Program-made: the position numbers and the translations under genes | Shown here: piece after piece, positions 8,441 to 18,670 of the stretch | How positions within the stretch are numbered: position 1 is the first letter of the stretch | How the letters are laid out: every line of letters begins with the position of its first letter | Assembly: GCA_964514085.1 (NCBI GenBank) | Contig: CAZEPK010000002.1 | Coordinates: 1 to 46,238, forward strand | DNA: 46,238 nucleotides | Source: an uncultured Nocardioides sp. | Lineage (GTDB): Bacteria; Actinomycetota; Actinomycetes; Propionibacteriales; Nocardioidaceae | Direction of reading: 5' to 3' | The notes under the pieces: generated by a model | The model's database searches: none | The model's input: the letters and a program-made list of their open reading frames with translations, nothing else | What the model was told of the DNA's origin: nothing

Positions 8441-9544
8441 GTGAGTGAGTTGAGCACGTCGTCAGGGGCCGGACCAGCGGTGCTGGTGACCGGTGGCGCC
8501 GGGTTCATCGGCTGCGCTCTGGCGCCCCACCTCCTGCAGCTCGGCCTCCCGGTGGTGGCGGTCGACAACCTGCTCGAGCAGGTGCACCCGGGCCGGACCC
8601 GCCCGGCCGCGCTGCCCGCCGACGTCGAGCTCGTGGTCGGCGACGTGGCCGACGCCTCGGTGTGGGACGACGTCCTGGCCCGCCACCGGCCCCGGCTGCT
8701 GGTCCACCTGGCCGCCGAGACCGGCACGGCCCAGTCGCTGACCGAGTCGACCCGCCACGCCACGATCAACGTCGTGGGCACCACCGCGATGCTCGACGCG
8801 CTCGTCCGGCACGACGCACTGCCCGAGCACGTGGTTCTGACCTCGACCCGCGCCGTCTACGGCGAGGGCCCCTGGCAGGCCGCCGACGGCAGCATCTTCG
8901 CGCCCCCGCCGCGCTCCCACGCCCAGCTCGAGGCCGCCCAGTGGGACCACGTCGACGCCGCCGGGCGCCCCGCGACCCCGATCGCGACGGTGGCCGCGAC
9001 CGCGCCGTACAACCCCAGCAGCGTCTACGGCTCCACCAAGCTGGCCCAGGAGCTGGTGCTCCGCAACTGGTCGGCCAGCTTCTCGGTGCCGCTGTCGGTC
9101 TTCCGCCCCCAGAACGTCTACGGACCCGGGCAGTCGCCGCACAACCCCTACACCGGCATCATCACGCTCTTCCACCGGCTGGCCTCGCGCGGTGAGACCC
9201 TCGACATCTACGAGGACGGCGAGATCAACCGCGACTTCATCTACATCGACGATGTGGTCTCCGCCCTGGTGGCCGCGATCGAGCGACCGCCGGCCGAGCA
9301 GCGCGTCCTCGACCTCGGCAGCGGCGTGCGCACCACCATCCGCGACGCGGCCCGGATGATCGCGGCGCACCACGGCGCCCCCGAGCCGCAGGTCTCCGGC
9401 AAGTTCCGCGACGGCGACGTGCGCTCGGCCTGGGCCGACGTCACCGCCACCCGCGAGGCCCTCGGCTGGGCGCCCACCTGGAGCTTCGAGGACGGCAGCG
9501 CCGCCGTCTCCGACTGGCTGAAGCGCGGCGGGTTCCTTGGCTGA
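8441..9544 (+). CDS. NAD-dependent epimerase/dehydratase (extended SDR)
   Basis: TGGAGFIG, HLAAETG, YGSTK (YxxxK), NVYGPGQ, RDFIYIDD. Confidence 0.93.
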   Translation: MSELSTSSGAGPAVLVTGGAGFIGCALAPHLLQLGLPVVAVDNLLEQVHPGRTRPAALPADVELVVGDVADASVWDDVLARHRPRLLVHLAAETGTAQSLTESTRHATINVVGTTAMLDALVRHDALPEHVVLTSTRAVYGEGPWQAADGSIFAPPPRSHAQLEAAQWDHVDAAGRPATPIATVAATAPYNPSSVYGSTKLAQELVLRNWSASFSVPLSVFRPQNVYGPGQSPHNPYTGIITLFHRLASRGETLDIYEDGEINRDFIYIDDVVSALVAAIERPPAEQRVLDLGSGVRTTIRDAARMIAAHHGAPEPQVSGKFRDGDVRSAWADVTATREALGWAPTWSFEDGSAAVSDWLKRGGFLG

Positions 9545-11483
9545 GCAGGAGCTCGAGGCGCCCGAGCGCGAGGGCACCTTCACGGCGCTGGCCTGGGTCA
9601 GCGCCGAGCTGGACCCGTGGCTGCCCGCCGTCGAGCGCCTGCTGGAGCTGCCCGAGCTCGAGCGGGTGGTGGTGGCGGTCGCGCCGCACAGCCCGGTCGA
9701 CCGGCTGCCCGACGACGACCGGGTCCAGGTCGTGCGGTCCGGCTCCTTCGCCTACACCGTGCGCAAGCTGCCCGAGACCGTCCGCGGGCCGGTGCTGATC
9801 ATGACCTCGCCGGTGCTCGTCCCGTCCGTGGGGCTCGGCACCGCCCTCGACGCGCTGGCCGCCGACGCCCGCGTGGTCTCGGTGTCCTTCCTCAGCAACG
9901 CCGCCGGCCACCTGAGCTTCCCGCAGCGCAACCGGCCCACGCAGTACTCCCTCGAGGGCCACGACGAGACCACCCTGACCCGCCTGCTGCGCAGCAGCCA
10001 CCCGCAGCTCGAGCCGGCGCCGATCGCGGCACCGGCGGGCGGCGCCACGCTCGTCAGCCGCGACTGCCTGGTGGTGACCCAGGGCCCCGACGACTACTTC
10101 GCCGGCAGCCCCGAGGCCGGGATGGTCGAGATGGTGATGCGGGCCGAGCGCCGCGGCCTGCGCGCCGTGCTCGACCCCTCGACGTACGTCACGCGCCTCT
10201 GGGAGGGCGCCCACTGGGGCGACACCCCCCTCGAGATCGACGACATCCGCCGGCGGCTCTACACCCTGCACCCGTCGGTGGTGAAGCTCCACGACGTCCA
10301 GACCCAGCGCGGCGACACCCCGCTGGCGCTGGTGATGGCCACCGCCAAGGCCAAGGTGCGCGGCCTGCGCATCCTCATCGACGCCAGCTGCCTGGGCCCG
10401 ATCGAGAACGGCACGCAGGTCCAGACCCTGGCGCTGGTGGAGGCCCTGAGCCGCCGCGACGACGTGAAGTGGGTCGGCGCCGGCATCCAGGGCAACGTGC
10501 CGCGGTACGCCGAGCGCGTGCTGGCGCACCCCAAGGTCCGGGTCATCAAGACCAACGGCCTGCGCTTCCCCTCCGGACAGCGCGCCGACGTCCTGCACCG
10601 TCCCTTCCAGCCCACCGGCGGGCTGCCGTGGATGAACTGGCGGCAGTCCGCCGACCGGGTCCTGGTCACCCTGCAGGACCTCATCGCCTACAGCGTGGGC
10701 GCCTACCACGACCGCCCGAAGATCTGGATGACCTACCGCCGCGGCATCCAGCAGTCGGTCTCCAAGGCCGACGGGCTGGTGGTGATCTCCCACGACGTCG
10801 CGGGCGACCTGCGCCGCGAGCGGCTGCCGGTCGTGGCCGAGCGGACCTACGTGGTCGAGAACGGCACCGACCACCTGCGCGGCGACGAGGACGAGCAGTT
10901 CCCCGCCGAGCTCCTGGCCCGCGGGTGGGCGGCGCGCGAGTTCCTCGTGGTGCTCGGCGCCAACTACTCCCACAAGAACCGCGACCTGGCCATCCGGGTC
11001 TTCCGCCGGCTGCGCGAGAAGAACCCGTCGCTGGGCCTGGTGCTGGCCGGCGTGGCCGTGGCCGAGGGCTCCAGCCGGGTGCTCGAGGCCATCGAGCTGC
11101 GCGACACCGAGGGCGTCGTGACCCTGGCCGACGTGACCTCGGAGGAGCGCAACTGGCTGCTGCGGCACGCCGCCATCTGCCTCTACCCCACCTCCAACGA
11201 GGGGTTCGGCCTGGTGCCGTTCGAGGCGGCCAGGTTCGGCACCCCGACCGTGTTCAACCGGGTGGGCCCGCTGGCCGAGGTGCTCGACGGCGTACCGGTC
11301 GCCGCCTCGAGCTGGGACCCCGAGGACCTGGCCGAGTGCTGCGAGCGGCTCCTGGCCGACCCCCAGCTGGCCGCCGAGCAGGTCACCGCCACGCTGAAGT
11401 GCGGGAGCCGCTACACCTGGGACGAGACGGCCGCCCGCCTCGTCCGCGCCTACCGTGAGCTGCTGGCCCAGCCGGTCCGATGA
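9537..11483 (+). CDS. Two-domain glycosyltransferase: degenerate GT2-like N-terminus plus GT4 (GT-B) C-terminus
   Basis: HKNR and EGFGLVPFEA (EX7E) GT4 motifs; N-terminal SVSFLSNAAG resembles SATAWSNNV of the GT2 at 11867; TTG start overlapping previous stop. Confidence 0.82.
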   Translation: MAEQELEAPEREGTFTALAWVSAELDPWLPAVERLLELPELERVVVAVAPHSPVDRLPDDDRVQVVRSGSFAYTVRKLPETVRGPVLIMTSPVLVPSVGLGTALDALAADARVVSVSFLSNAAGHLSFPQRNRPTQYSLEGHDETTLTRLLRSSHPQLEPAPIAAPAGGATLVSRDCLVVTQGPDDYFAGSPEAGMVEMVMRAERRGLRAVLDPSTYVTRLWEGAHWGDTPLEIDDIRRRLYTLHPSVVKLHDVQTQRGDTPLALVMATAKAKVRGLRILIDASCLGPIENGTQVQTLALVEALSRRDDVKWVGAGIQGNVPRYAERVLAHPKVRVIKTNGLRFPSGQRADVLHRPFQPTGGLPWMNWRQSADRVLVTLQDLIAYSVGAYHDRPKIWMTYRRGIQQSVSKADGLVVISHDVAGDLRRERLPVVAERTYVVENGTDHLRGDEDEQFPAELLARGWAAREFLVVLGANYSHKNRDLAIRVFRRLREKNPSLGLVLAGVAVAEGSSRVLEAIELRDTEGVVTLADVTSEERNWLLRHAAICLYPTSNEGFGLVPFEAARFGTPTVFNRVGPLAEVLDGVPVAASSWDPEDLAECCERLLADPQLAAEQVTATLKCGSRYTWDETAARLVRAYRELLAQPVR

Positions 11484-11519
11484 CCCCGACCCCAGACCCG
11501 ACGTCCTGCGAGGAAGACC

Positions 11520-11870
11520 ATGGCTGAACCCAAGAGCACCCCGTCCCCGTCCCACAAGGCGTCCGGGGGCGAGCCGACGGCCGAGCAGCCGGTCAAGAAC
11601 ACCGCCGACCTCGACGACATCTCGCTGGCCCAGGCACTGCTCGACGTCGACATCGCCAACGCCCGGGTCATCGACCTGACCAGGCGGCTCACGGCGCTGA
11701 CCAAGGAGCTGCGCACCACCACCAGCGACCTCCAGAAGGCCAAGCTGCGCAACCGCAAGCTCGTGGCCGAGCTCGAGGAGATCAAGGGCGTCACCGGCTC
11801 GCGGGCCTTCCGCTCGGCCACCACGGCGCAGCGCGTCCTCGGGGCGGCCCGGTCGAGGCTCGGCCGGTGA
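11520..11870 (+). CDS. Small coiled-coil protein with basic amphipathic C-terminal helix
   Basis: GAGGAAG RBS; heptad-like IDLTRRLTALTKELRTTTSDLQKAKLRNRKLVAELEEIK; coupled to the next gene by GTGA. Confidence 0.75.
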   Translation: MAEPKSTPSPSHKASGGEPTAEQPVKNTADLDDISLAQALLDVDIANARVIDLTRRLTALTKELRTTTSDLQKAKLRNRKLVAELEEIKGVTGSRAFRSATTAQRVLGAARSRLGR

Positions 11871-13042
11871 CGGTGCCGACCCCGGGTCCCGGCCCCCGCA
11901 TCCTGCTCGCCATCACCGTCTACAACGGTGAGGCGTTCGTCGGGCGCACCCTCGACTCGGCGCTGCGCATCGACGAGGGCGAGGCCCAGCTCGACGTGCT
12001 GGTCCTCGACGACTGCAGCCCGGCTCCCGGCTTCAGCCAGCGGCTGGCCGAGCAGTGCGAGGCCCGCGGGATCCTCTACTACCGCAGCCCGCGCAACCTC
12101 GGCATCCCGCGCAACGTCTCGCTGGCGATGCTGACGGCCGTCCAGCAGGGCTACGACTACGTCGTCATCAGCAACAGCGACGTCCTCTACCCCCGCAACG
12201 TGATCAGCCAGCTGCTGCGCGCCGTGGCCCACGAGGGCGTCGGCTCGGCGACGGCGTGGTCCAACAACGTCTCGATGTACTCCTTGGCCAACGAGGACCC
12301 CGACCGCTACCTGGCCGAGCAGGACCGCGTCGACTGGATCAGCGAGACCCTGGCCGGGCACTACCAGGACGCCGCGATGGACATCCCGGCCGGCATCTCC
12401 TTCTGCATGATGGTGCCGACGTCGGTGGTCGAGGACGTCGGCGTCATGGACCCCGTCTTCGGTCGCGGCTACTGCGAGGAGACCGACTGGTCGCTGCGCA
12501 GCATCGCCGCGGGCTACCGCGTGGCGCTCGCGCCCGGGTGCTTCGTCTACCACGCGGGCCGCGGGTCGAACCTCGAGGCCGGCCTGGTCACCGAGGAGCA
12601 CACGTCGGTCCCCGAGAACGAAGCCATCCTGGACCTGCGCTACCCGCTGTTCCGCGGCCAGGTGGCGGCCTTCGCGGCGTCCGGCATCCTGGCCGAGGCC
12701 CGCCTGCACGGGGTCGCGGCCCTGGTGCGCCGGGCCGGCACCGAGGTGGGCTACACGATCGAGGCCGGCTGGCTGCCGCCGGCCGACACGGCCGAGGGCC
12801 TGGTGCGGTGCACCGTGGCCCCCGACGGGCTCGACGGCGCCATCGTCCTCGAGTACCTGGGCTTCCGGCACGTGCTCGAGGACGTCGACCCCTTCGCCGT
12901 GGCCGAGTCGCTGCAGGAGTTCTTCGGCGGCCGGGAGCCGACCTCGGTGGACCTGCGCGACCGCGGTCCGTTGAGCACCTCGCTCCAGAGCACGTTCGCG
13001 GGGCGCACCCGCCGCAGCGGGAACTACCCCTCGCGTGTCTGA
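11867..13042 (+). CDS. Glycosyltransferase family 2 (GT2, rhamnosyltransferase-like group)
   Basis: ITVYNG, DDCSP, RNLG, SNSD, MDPVFGRGYCEETDW, VYHAG. Confidence 0.88.
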   Translation: MTVPTPGPGPRILLAITVYNGEAFVGRTLDSALRIDEGEAQLDVLVLDDCSPAPGFSQRLAEQCEARGILYYRSPRNLGIPRNVSLAMLTAVQQGYDYVVISNSDVLYPRNVISQLLRAVAHEGVGSATAWSNNVSMYSLANEDPDRYLAEQDRVDWISETLAGHYQDAAMDIPAGISFCMMVPTSVVEDVGVMDPVFGRGYCEETDWSLRSIAAGYRVALAPGCFVYHAGRGSNLEAGLVTEEHTSVPENEAILDLRYPLFRGQVAAFAASGILAEARLHGVAALVRRAGTEVGYTIEAGWLPPADTAEGLVRCTVAPDGLDGAIVLEYLGFRHVLEDVDPFAVAESLQEFFGGREPTSVDLRDRGPLSTSLQSTFAGRTRRSGNYPSRV

Positions 13043-14372
13043 CACCAAGGACGAGGTCGACCCCGGCCGCGACGAGGTCACGGCCGAGGGCGTGGTCGAC
13101 CACCCCGACGGCACCGTCGCGGTCCCCGTCGCCGCGCCCGAGGAGCAGCCGAAGGCCGCCCACCCCGGCACCACCAAGACCTGGCTCCCCGGCATCGAGG
13201 CCCTGCGCGGCGTGGCGGCGCTGACGGTCGTCGCCCACCACTCCTTCTCGCTGTCCTCGGAGTACACCAAGGCGCCGCAGGACCGGTTCACGCTGGCCTG
13301 GGTGATCGACGGGTTCGGCCAGTGGGGCGTGATGTTGTTCTTCATGCTCTCGGGCTACCTGCTGGCGGACACGTTCTGGCGCGCGCAGCCGGCCGACCTG
13401 CGGGTCTACGCCATCCGCCGGTTCTTCCGGATCGCGCCGGCCTACTACGTCAACCTCGTCCTCCTGTTCCTGTTCTTCGGCGCGCACAAGCTGGTCTTCA
13501 GCGAGCAGGGCGCCCGGCAGTTCCTGGCCAACGCGACGTTCACGCACTGGCTCTTCCCCGGCACCGCAAGCTCGCTCAACGTCAACGGCGCGTGGTGGAC
13601 GCTCACGATCGAGATGCTGCTCTACGCGTTCCTGCCGCTGATGGCCCTGCTGGTGCGCTTCAACCCGTGGATCGGGACCGCCGTCCTGGTCGGGATCGGC
13701 CTGGGCTGGAAGGCCTGGGTCGCCTGGGACGGCAGCTTCCTGCACCGCATCTGGTACGACCAGACCCTGCCGGCCAACCTCCCGGGCGAGAACCTCTACA
13801 TCTCGCGCCAGTTCTTCGGGGCGGTGGCCATCTTCGCGCTCGGCATCGCGGCGCGCTGGCTGGTCGTGCACGGCCACCTCGACGGGCTCTACAACGTCCT
13901 CCCGCGGCGGCTCGGGGTCAGCTCGTTCCTGGTCCTCACCCTGCCGAGCATCGCGCTGCTCTACTGGGTCGGCGAGGGCTCCTTCTACACCAACCGGGTG
14001 CTGTTCACGGTCTACGACTTCGTGGTGATGCTGGTGCTGCTGCCGGCGCTGCTGCTGGCGGCCCGGCCCCAGCAGTTCTCCGAGAGCCCGCTGCGCAGGG
14101 TGAGCACCTGGCTGGGGGAGCGCAGCTACAGCCTCTACCTGTGGCACTTCCCGATCATCCTCGCGGTCTACGAGCGGGGCCCGTTCAAGCGCGCGGCCCC
14201 CGAGGACGGCTACTGGTGGCGCGTCCCGCTGGTGCTGCTGCTGACCCTGGTCTTCGCCTCGGTGAGCTACGCCTGCGTCGAGCGACCCGGCATGGAGTAC
14301 GGCCGGCGCCTGGCCAAGCGGGTCTCCCGCGGGAGGCCGACCCCCCGACCGATCGAGGAGCCCGCACCGTGA
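13035..14372 (+). CDS. Acyltransferase family 3 (AT3/OafA-like), no fused SGNH domain
   Basis: IEALRGVAALTVVAHH, GVMLFFMLSGYL, RRFFRIAPAY, WTLTIE..Y, GERSYSLYLWH, SY..VERP. Confidence 0.92.
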   Translation: MSDTKDEVDPGRDEVTAEGVVDHPDGTVAVPVAAPEEQPKAAHPGTTKTWLPGIEALRGVAALTVVAHHSFSLSSEYTKAPQDRFTLAWVIDGFGQWGVMLFFMLSGYLLADTFWRAQPADLRVYAIRRFFRIAPAYYVNLVLLFLFFGAHKLVFSEQGARQFLANATFTHWLFPGTASSLNVNGAWWTLTIEMLLYAFLPLMALLVRFNPWIGTAVLVGIGLGWKAWVAWDGSFLHRIWYDQTLPANLPGENLYISRQFFGAVAIFALGIAARWLVVHGHLDGLYNVLPRRLGVSSFLVLTLPSIALLYWVGEGSFYTNRVLFTVYDFVVMLVLLPALLLAARPQQFSESPLRRVSTWLGERSYSLYLWHFPIILAVYERGPFKRAAPEDGYWWRVPLVLLLTLVFASVSYACVERPGMEYGRRLAKRVSRGRPTPRPIEEPAP

Positions 14373-15178
14373 TGAAGCTGTCGCTGCCCACCTTCCGCTC
14401 CGCCCGGACCGGCGCCACGCCGCCGCGCCCCTACGTCGGCGAGGAGCTCGTCGCGCTGCGCACCGACGCGGGCGTGGTCTGGATCCCTGCCTCCGACGGG
14501 GTGATGCGTCCGTTCATGGAGGAGCGCGAGTGCTGGGAGCCCGAGGAGGGGCGACTGCTGAGCCAGTTCTTCAAGCCGGGCCTGCGCTTCCTCGACGTCG
14601 GCGCCAACGTCGGCTACTTCTCCCTCTTCGTGGCCGAACGCTGCCCCGGGGCGGTGATCCACTCCTTCGAGCCGCACCCGCTGACCAGCCAGGTGCTGGC
14701 CCTCAACGCGTGGAGCTCCGGCGCCGACATCACGCCGCACGCCCTGGCGCTCTCCGACGGGGAGCGGATCCTGGCGCTCACCACGGCCGAGTCGAACCTC
14801 GGCGACACCCGCAGCCGCGCCTCGTCGTCGGGCACCATGCTGGCCCCGGCCGCCCCGCTCGACGAGGTGCTCCCCGACGCGGTCTTCGACCTGGTCAAGA
14901 TCGACGTCCAGGGCTTCGAGACCGACGTGGTCTCCGGGATGGCCGGCATGGTCGCCCGCAGCCCGCAGGTGGTCATCGTGGCGGAGTTCTGGCCCGCCGC
15001 GCTCCGCGAGCGGGGGCTCGACCCCGGCGCCGTGCTGATGTCCTACCGCGAGCTCGGCCTCAGCACCATGGTCCACGTGGGCGAGGACCTGTCGGTGATG
15101 AAGCCCGTCGAGGTCGTCCGGCTGTGCGACCAGGCCGGTCCCTCCGGCCAGGTGAACCTCGTCCTGACCCCCGCCTGA
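14372..15178 (+). CDS. FkbM-family methyltransferase
   Basis: FLDVGANVG, SFEP, LVKIDVQGFE, AEFWP; GTG 14369 or ATG 14372 overlaps the AT3 stop. Confidence 0.9.
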   Translation: MKLSLPTFRSARTGATPPRPYVGEELVALRTDAGVVWIPASDGVMRPFMEERECWEPEEGRLLSQFFKPGLRFLDVGANVGYFSLFVAERCPGAVIHSFEPHPLTSQVLALNAWSSGADITPHALALSDGERILALTTAESNLGDTRSRASSSGTMLAPAAPLDEVLPDAVFDLVKIDVQGFETDVVSGMAGMVARSPQVVIVAEFWPAALRERGLDPGAVLMSYRELGLSTMVHVGEDLSVMKPVEVVRLCDQAGPSGQVNLVLTPA

Positions 15179-15215
15179 GGCGTCTCCCGCCCGTCCGACC
15201 GAGCCAAGGATCCTG

Positions 15216-16724
15216 ATGCCACGCACCGACGACCTCGACGTCGCGGCACCCGCGCTGCCCTTCGGCCGCGAGCCGCGGATCGGCGTCCTCGTGGTCGCCT
15301 ACAACGCGGCCTCGACGCTGGCGCAGACCCTCGACCGCATCCCCGAGGACTTCCGTCCGCGGATCGCCGAGGTGTTCGTCTGCGACGACGCCAGCCCCGA
15401 CCAGACCTACCTGGTCGGGCTGGACTACCTCGACGCCAGCCCCGACCTCCCGGTCAGCGTGATCCGGCACGAGCGCAACCTCGGGTACGGCGGCAACCAG
15501 AAGGCCGGCTACCGGCTGGCCGCCGAGCACGACCTCGACATCATCGTGATGCTGCACGCCGACGGCCAGTACGCGCCGGAGCTGCTGCCCGCGATGGTCG
15601 AGCCCCTGGTCCGCGGCGAGGCCGACGCCGTCTTCGGCTCCCGGATGATGGAGAAGGGCGCCGCCCGCCGGGGCGGGATGCCGGCGTACAAGTTCCTCGG
15701 CAACAAGGTCCTGACCCGCGTCGAGAACCGGCTGCTCGGCTCGGACCTCTCGGAGTTCCACTCGGGCTACCGCGCCTACAACGTGCACACGCTCTCCGAG
15801 CTGGACCTGTCGGCGACCTCGGACGGCTTCAACTTCGACACCCAGATCATCATCGCGCTGCACAGCCACGGGAAGACGATCGTGGAGATCCCGATCCCGA
15901 CCTACTACGGCGACGAGATCTGCTACGTCAACGGCCTCCAGTACGCCGCCGACGTGGTGGCCGACGTCGCGGTCTACCGCCTGGCCACGATGGGCTTCAC
16001 GCCCGGCGAGCTGGCCCAGGTGGGCGACGAGTACGACCTCAAGGAGTCCGAGGGCTCCTCCCACACCGTCATCCTCGACCTCCTCGAGGGCGCCTCGCCG
16101 TCGCGGGTCCTCGACGTGGGCTGCTCGGGCGGCCTGCTGGGCCAGCTGCTGCGCGAGCGCGGGCACCACGTGACCGGGGTGGACTTCCTGGAGCTGCCCG
16201 GCGTCCGCGACCGCGTCGACAGCTTCCACCGCGCCGACCTCGAGCAGGGGCTGCCGGAGGAGGTCGGCACGGGCTACGACCTCGCGGTCGCCGCCGACGT
16301 GCTCGAGCACCTGCGCGGCTCGGAGTCCCTGCTGCGCGAGATGGGGAGCCGCCTCGGCGAGGGCGGCCGGATCATCATCTCGGTGCCGAACTTCGGGCAC
16401 TGGTACCCGCGGCTGCGCACGGTCCTCGGCATCTTCGACTACGACCAGCGCGGCATCCTCGACAAGACCCACGTCCGGTTCTTCACCCGCCGCAGCCTGC
16501 TGCGGATGATCCGCAAGAACGGCTTCCGGGTCGTGCGCCTGGAGACCACGGGGCTCCCCGTGGACGTGGTGACGGGCAGGCCCTCGCTCCTGAAGAGGCT
16601 GGTCGTGGCCATCGACTCCGCGCTGGTCCGGCTGCGGCCCACGCTGTTCGCCTACCAGTTCGTGGTCGAGGTGGAGCCGGTGCCGCCGCCCAGGTCGGTC
16701 GTGTGGCCCCGCAAGGGCCGCTGA
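15216..16724 (+). CDS. Fusion: polyprenol-phosphate glycosyltransferase-like GT2 (DPM1-like) plus class I methyltransferase
   Basis: AYNAA, DDASPD, NLGYGGNQK, HADGQY, GSR, SGYRAY, EIPIPTYY; C-terminal LDVGCSGG, DVLEH, SVPN, DKTHVRFFT. Confidence 0.9.
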   Translation: MPRTDDLDVAAPALPFGREPRIGVLVVAYNAASTLAQTLDRIPEDFRPRIAEVFVCDDASPDQTYLVGLDYLDASPDLPVSVIRHERNLGYGGNQKAGYRLAAEHDLDIIVMLHADGQYAPELLPAMVEPLVRGEADAVFGSRMMEKGAARRGGMPAYKFLGNKVLTRVENRLLGSDLSEFHSGYRAYNVHTLSELDLSATSDGFNFDTQIIIALHSHGKTIVEIPIPTYYGDEICYVNGLQYAADVVADVAVYRLATMGFTPGELAQVGDEYDLKESEGSSHTVILDLLEGASPSRVLDVGCSGGLLGQLLRERGHHVTGVDFLELPGVRDRVDSFHRADLEQGLPEEVGTGYDLAVAADVLEHLRGSESLLREMGSRLGEGGRIIISVPNFGHWYPRLRTVLGIFDYDQRGILDKTHVRFFTRRSLLRMIRKNGFRVVRLETTGLPVDVVTGRPSLLKRLVVAIDSALVRLRPTLFAYQFVVEVEPVPPPRSVVWPRKGR

Positions 16725-18670
16725 ACCGCCGGGTGCTCCGGCCGCAGCAGGGCGAGGCCGGACGGCACGCGGGTCGCCGTACGGCGACGCGTGCGGCTGA
16801 CGGGACGGCGACCCGGGCGGCGGAGCCGGTGCCCGTCGCGGCCTTCGTCGCGGTCGCGCTGGCCTGCTCGGCGCTCCAGGCGGCCTTCGCCAGCCGGGTC
16901 TTCCTCTTCCTCGACGACTTCTACTTCCTGGGCGAGGCCCGCGGCACCCCGCTCACCTGGGACTACCTGAGCGCCGGGCTGTTCCAGCACTTCTCACCGA
17001 TCACCCGCCTGGCCAACTGGCTGGTCGTGGGCCACCTCGCGGCCCACCCGTGGCTGGTGCCGCTCGCCCAGGGGCTGATGCTGGCCGCGGTCGTGTGCTC
17101 GGCCACCTGGCTGCTGGTCGCGCTCTTCGGCCGCACCGTCCCGGCGCTGGTGACCAGCGTGGTCCTCGGCGTCTCCCTGACGCTGGTGCCGCTCGGGAGC
17201 TGGTGGACGGCCGCGGCCAACATCCTGCCGGGGATGGCGGGCTTCATCGTCGCGTTCGCCGCCTCGGTGCTGGTGCTGCGGCGCCGCTCGCGGTGGTGGG
17301 CCGCGGCGGCCCTCCTGGGCGCCGTCGTCGGGGTGCTCGACTACGAGACGCCGATCCTGCTGCCCGCCTACCTGCTGCTGTGGGTCCTGCTCTTCGCCCA
17401 CCGCATCAGCGACGAGGGCACCCTCGCCCTCCTGCGCCGCACCTGGTGGCTGTTCCTCGGCCTGATCGCAGTCAGTGCCGTGGCCGCCCTGAACTACCGG
17501 CTCCACTACTACGCGCCCGCTCCGACGCCTCCGCTCGGCGACCTGCTCGAGGCCCTGGCCCGCTCCTGGGGCGGCACGCTGGTCCCCACCACGCTGGGGC
17601 TGCACCCGCTGGACCCGTTCAGCACGAGGGGCGTGCTGGTGCTGACCGCGGTCGTCGGCTGGGTGGTCACGGTGCTGTTCGTCGGCTGGGTGCTCAGTAC
17701 CAGGCGCGGTGCCTGGCGCGGGCTGGTCTTCGCCGGGCTCGGCTGGGCGGTGCCGACCCTGGCCGTGCTGGTCAACCGGCTGGAGCGCTACGGCCCGACC
17801 GTGGCCGACGACGCCATCTACCTCTACCTGCCCACCCTGCTGACGCTGGTCGGCGTGGTCGAGGCAGTGCTGGCACCCCGACGGCACGAGCCGCGGCCCC
17901 GCCCGAGCACCGCCCTGCTCCTCCGCGCCGCGGTCCCGACCGCCGTCGTGGCCATGCTCGCGTCGTACGCCGTCTCGGTCGGCCCCACGTGGGGCTACCG
18001 CATCCCGGCCGGCGCCGAGCGCGACTTCGTGACCAGCGCCCGGAGCAGCGCCGCCGCGACGCGGGAGTCGGTCGGCCGGTTCAGCGTCATCGACTCCTTC
18101 ACCCACACCGTGGTGATGCCGGAGGGCTACGGGAGGTACTCCCGCGACAGCAACGTCCTGGGCATGACGGTGCCCGACCTGCACTTCGACGACCCCCGGC
18201 CACCCTTCTACCGCGCCGACGAGGAGGGCCGGTTCCAGCCGGCCCCCGTCGAGGAGCTGGCCCGCACCGAGGGGCCACCGAGGACCAGCGCTCCGCTGCA
18301 GGTGCGCGACCCCGCGGGGCCGGTCCGGCGCACGGCCGGCGGTTACTGCTTCACCACCACCGCCTCGACCGACGTGCTGTGGCAGTTCCCGCAGGTCAGC
18401 GGGGACGACCTGGTGGTCGCCGCCCGCCTCACCGTCGACCGGACCACCGAGATGACCCTCAACGTCAGGCCGACCCCGGACCGCGCGTTCACCTACCCCT
18501 ACCCGATCGACCCCGGCACCACGACGCTGCGCCCACGGGGCCCGGGCACGCTGGAGATCGTCGACTTCGACACGCTCGCCGGCGTCGTGCTCCGGCAGTT
18601 CGACCCGGGGGTCGAGGTCTGCCTGCAGTCGCTCGAGGTCGGCCAGGTGGAGTCCGCGACCGGGCCCTAG
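16703..18670 (+). CDS. Multi-pass membrane protein, probable GT-C glycosyltransferase (start uncertain; 16733 or 16829 possible)
   Basis: Many TM segments; FLDDFYFL after first TM, then FQHFSP; extracytoplasmic C-terminal domain. Confidence 0.65.
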   Translation: MAPQGPLNRRVLRPQQGEAGRHAGRRTATRAADGTATRAAEPVPVAAFVAVALACSALQAAFASRVFLFLDDFYFLGEARGTPLTWDYLSAGLFQHFSPITRLANWLVVGHLAAHPWLVPLAQGLMLAAVVCSATWLLVALFGRTVPALVTSVVLGVSLTLVPLGSWWTAAANILPGMAGFIVAFAASVLVLRRRSRWWAAAALLGAVVGVLDYETPILLPAYLLLWVLLFAHRISDEGTLALLRRTWWLFLGLIAVSAVAALNYRLHYYAPAPTPPLGDLLEALARSWGGTLVPTTLGLHPLDPFSTRGVLVLTAVVGWVVTVLFVGWVLSTRRGAWRGLVFAGLGWAVPTLAVLVNRLERYGPTVADDAIYLYLPTLLTLVGVVEAVLAPRRHEPRPRPSTALLLRAAVPTAVVAMLASYAVSVGPTWGYRIPAGAERDFVTSARSSAAATRESVGRFSVIDSFTHTVVMPEGYGRYSRDSNVLGMTVPDLHFDDPRPPFYRADEEGRFQPAPVEELARTEGPPRTSAPLQVRDPAGPVRRTAGGYCFTTTASTDVLWQFPQVSGDDLVVAARLTVDRTTEMTLNVRPTPDRAFTYPYPIDPGTTTLRPRGPGTLEIVDFDTLAGVVLRQFDPGVEVCLQSLEVGQVESATGP

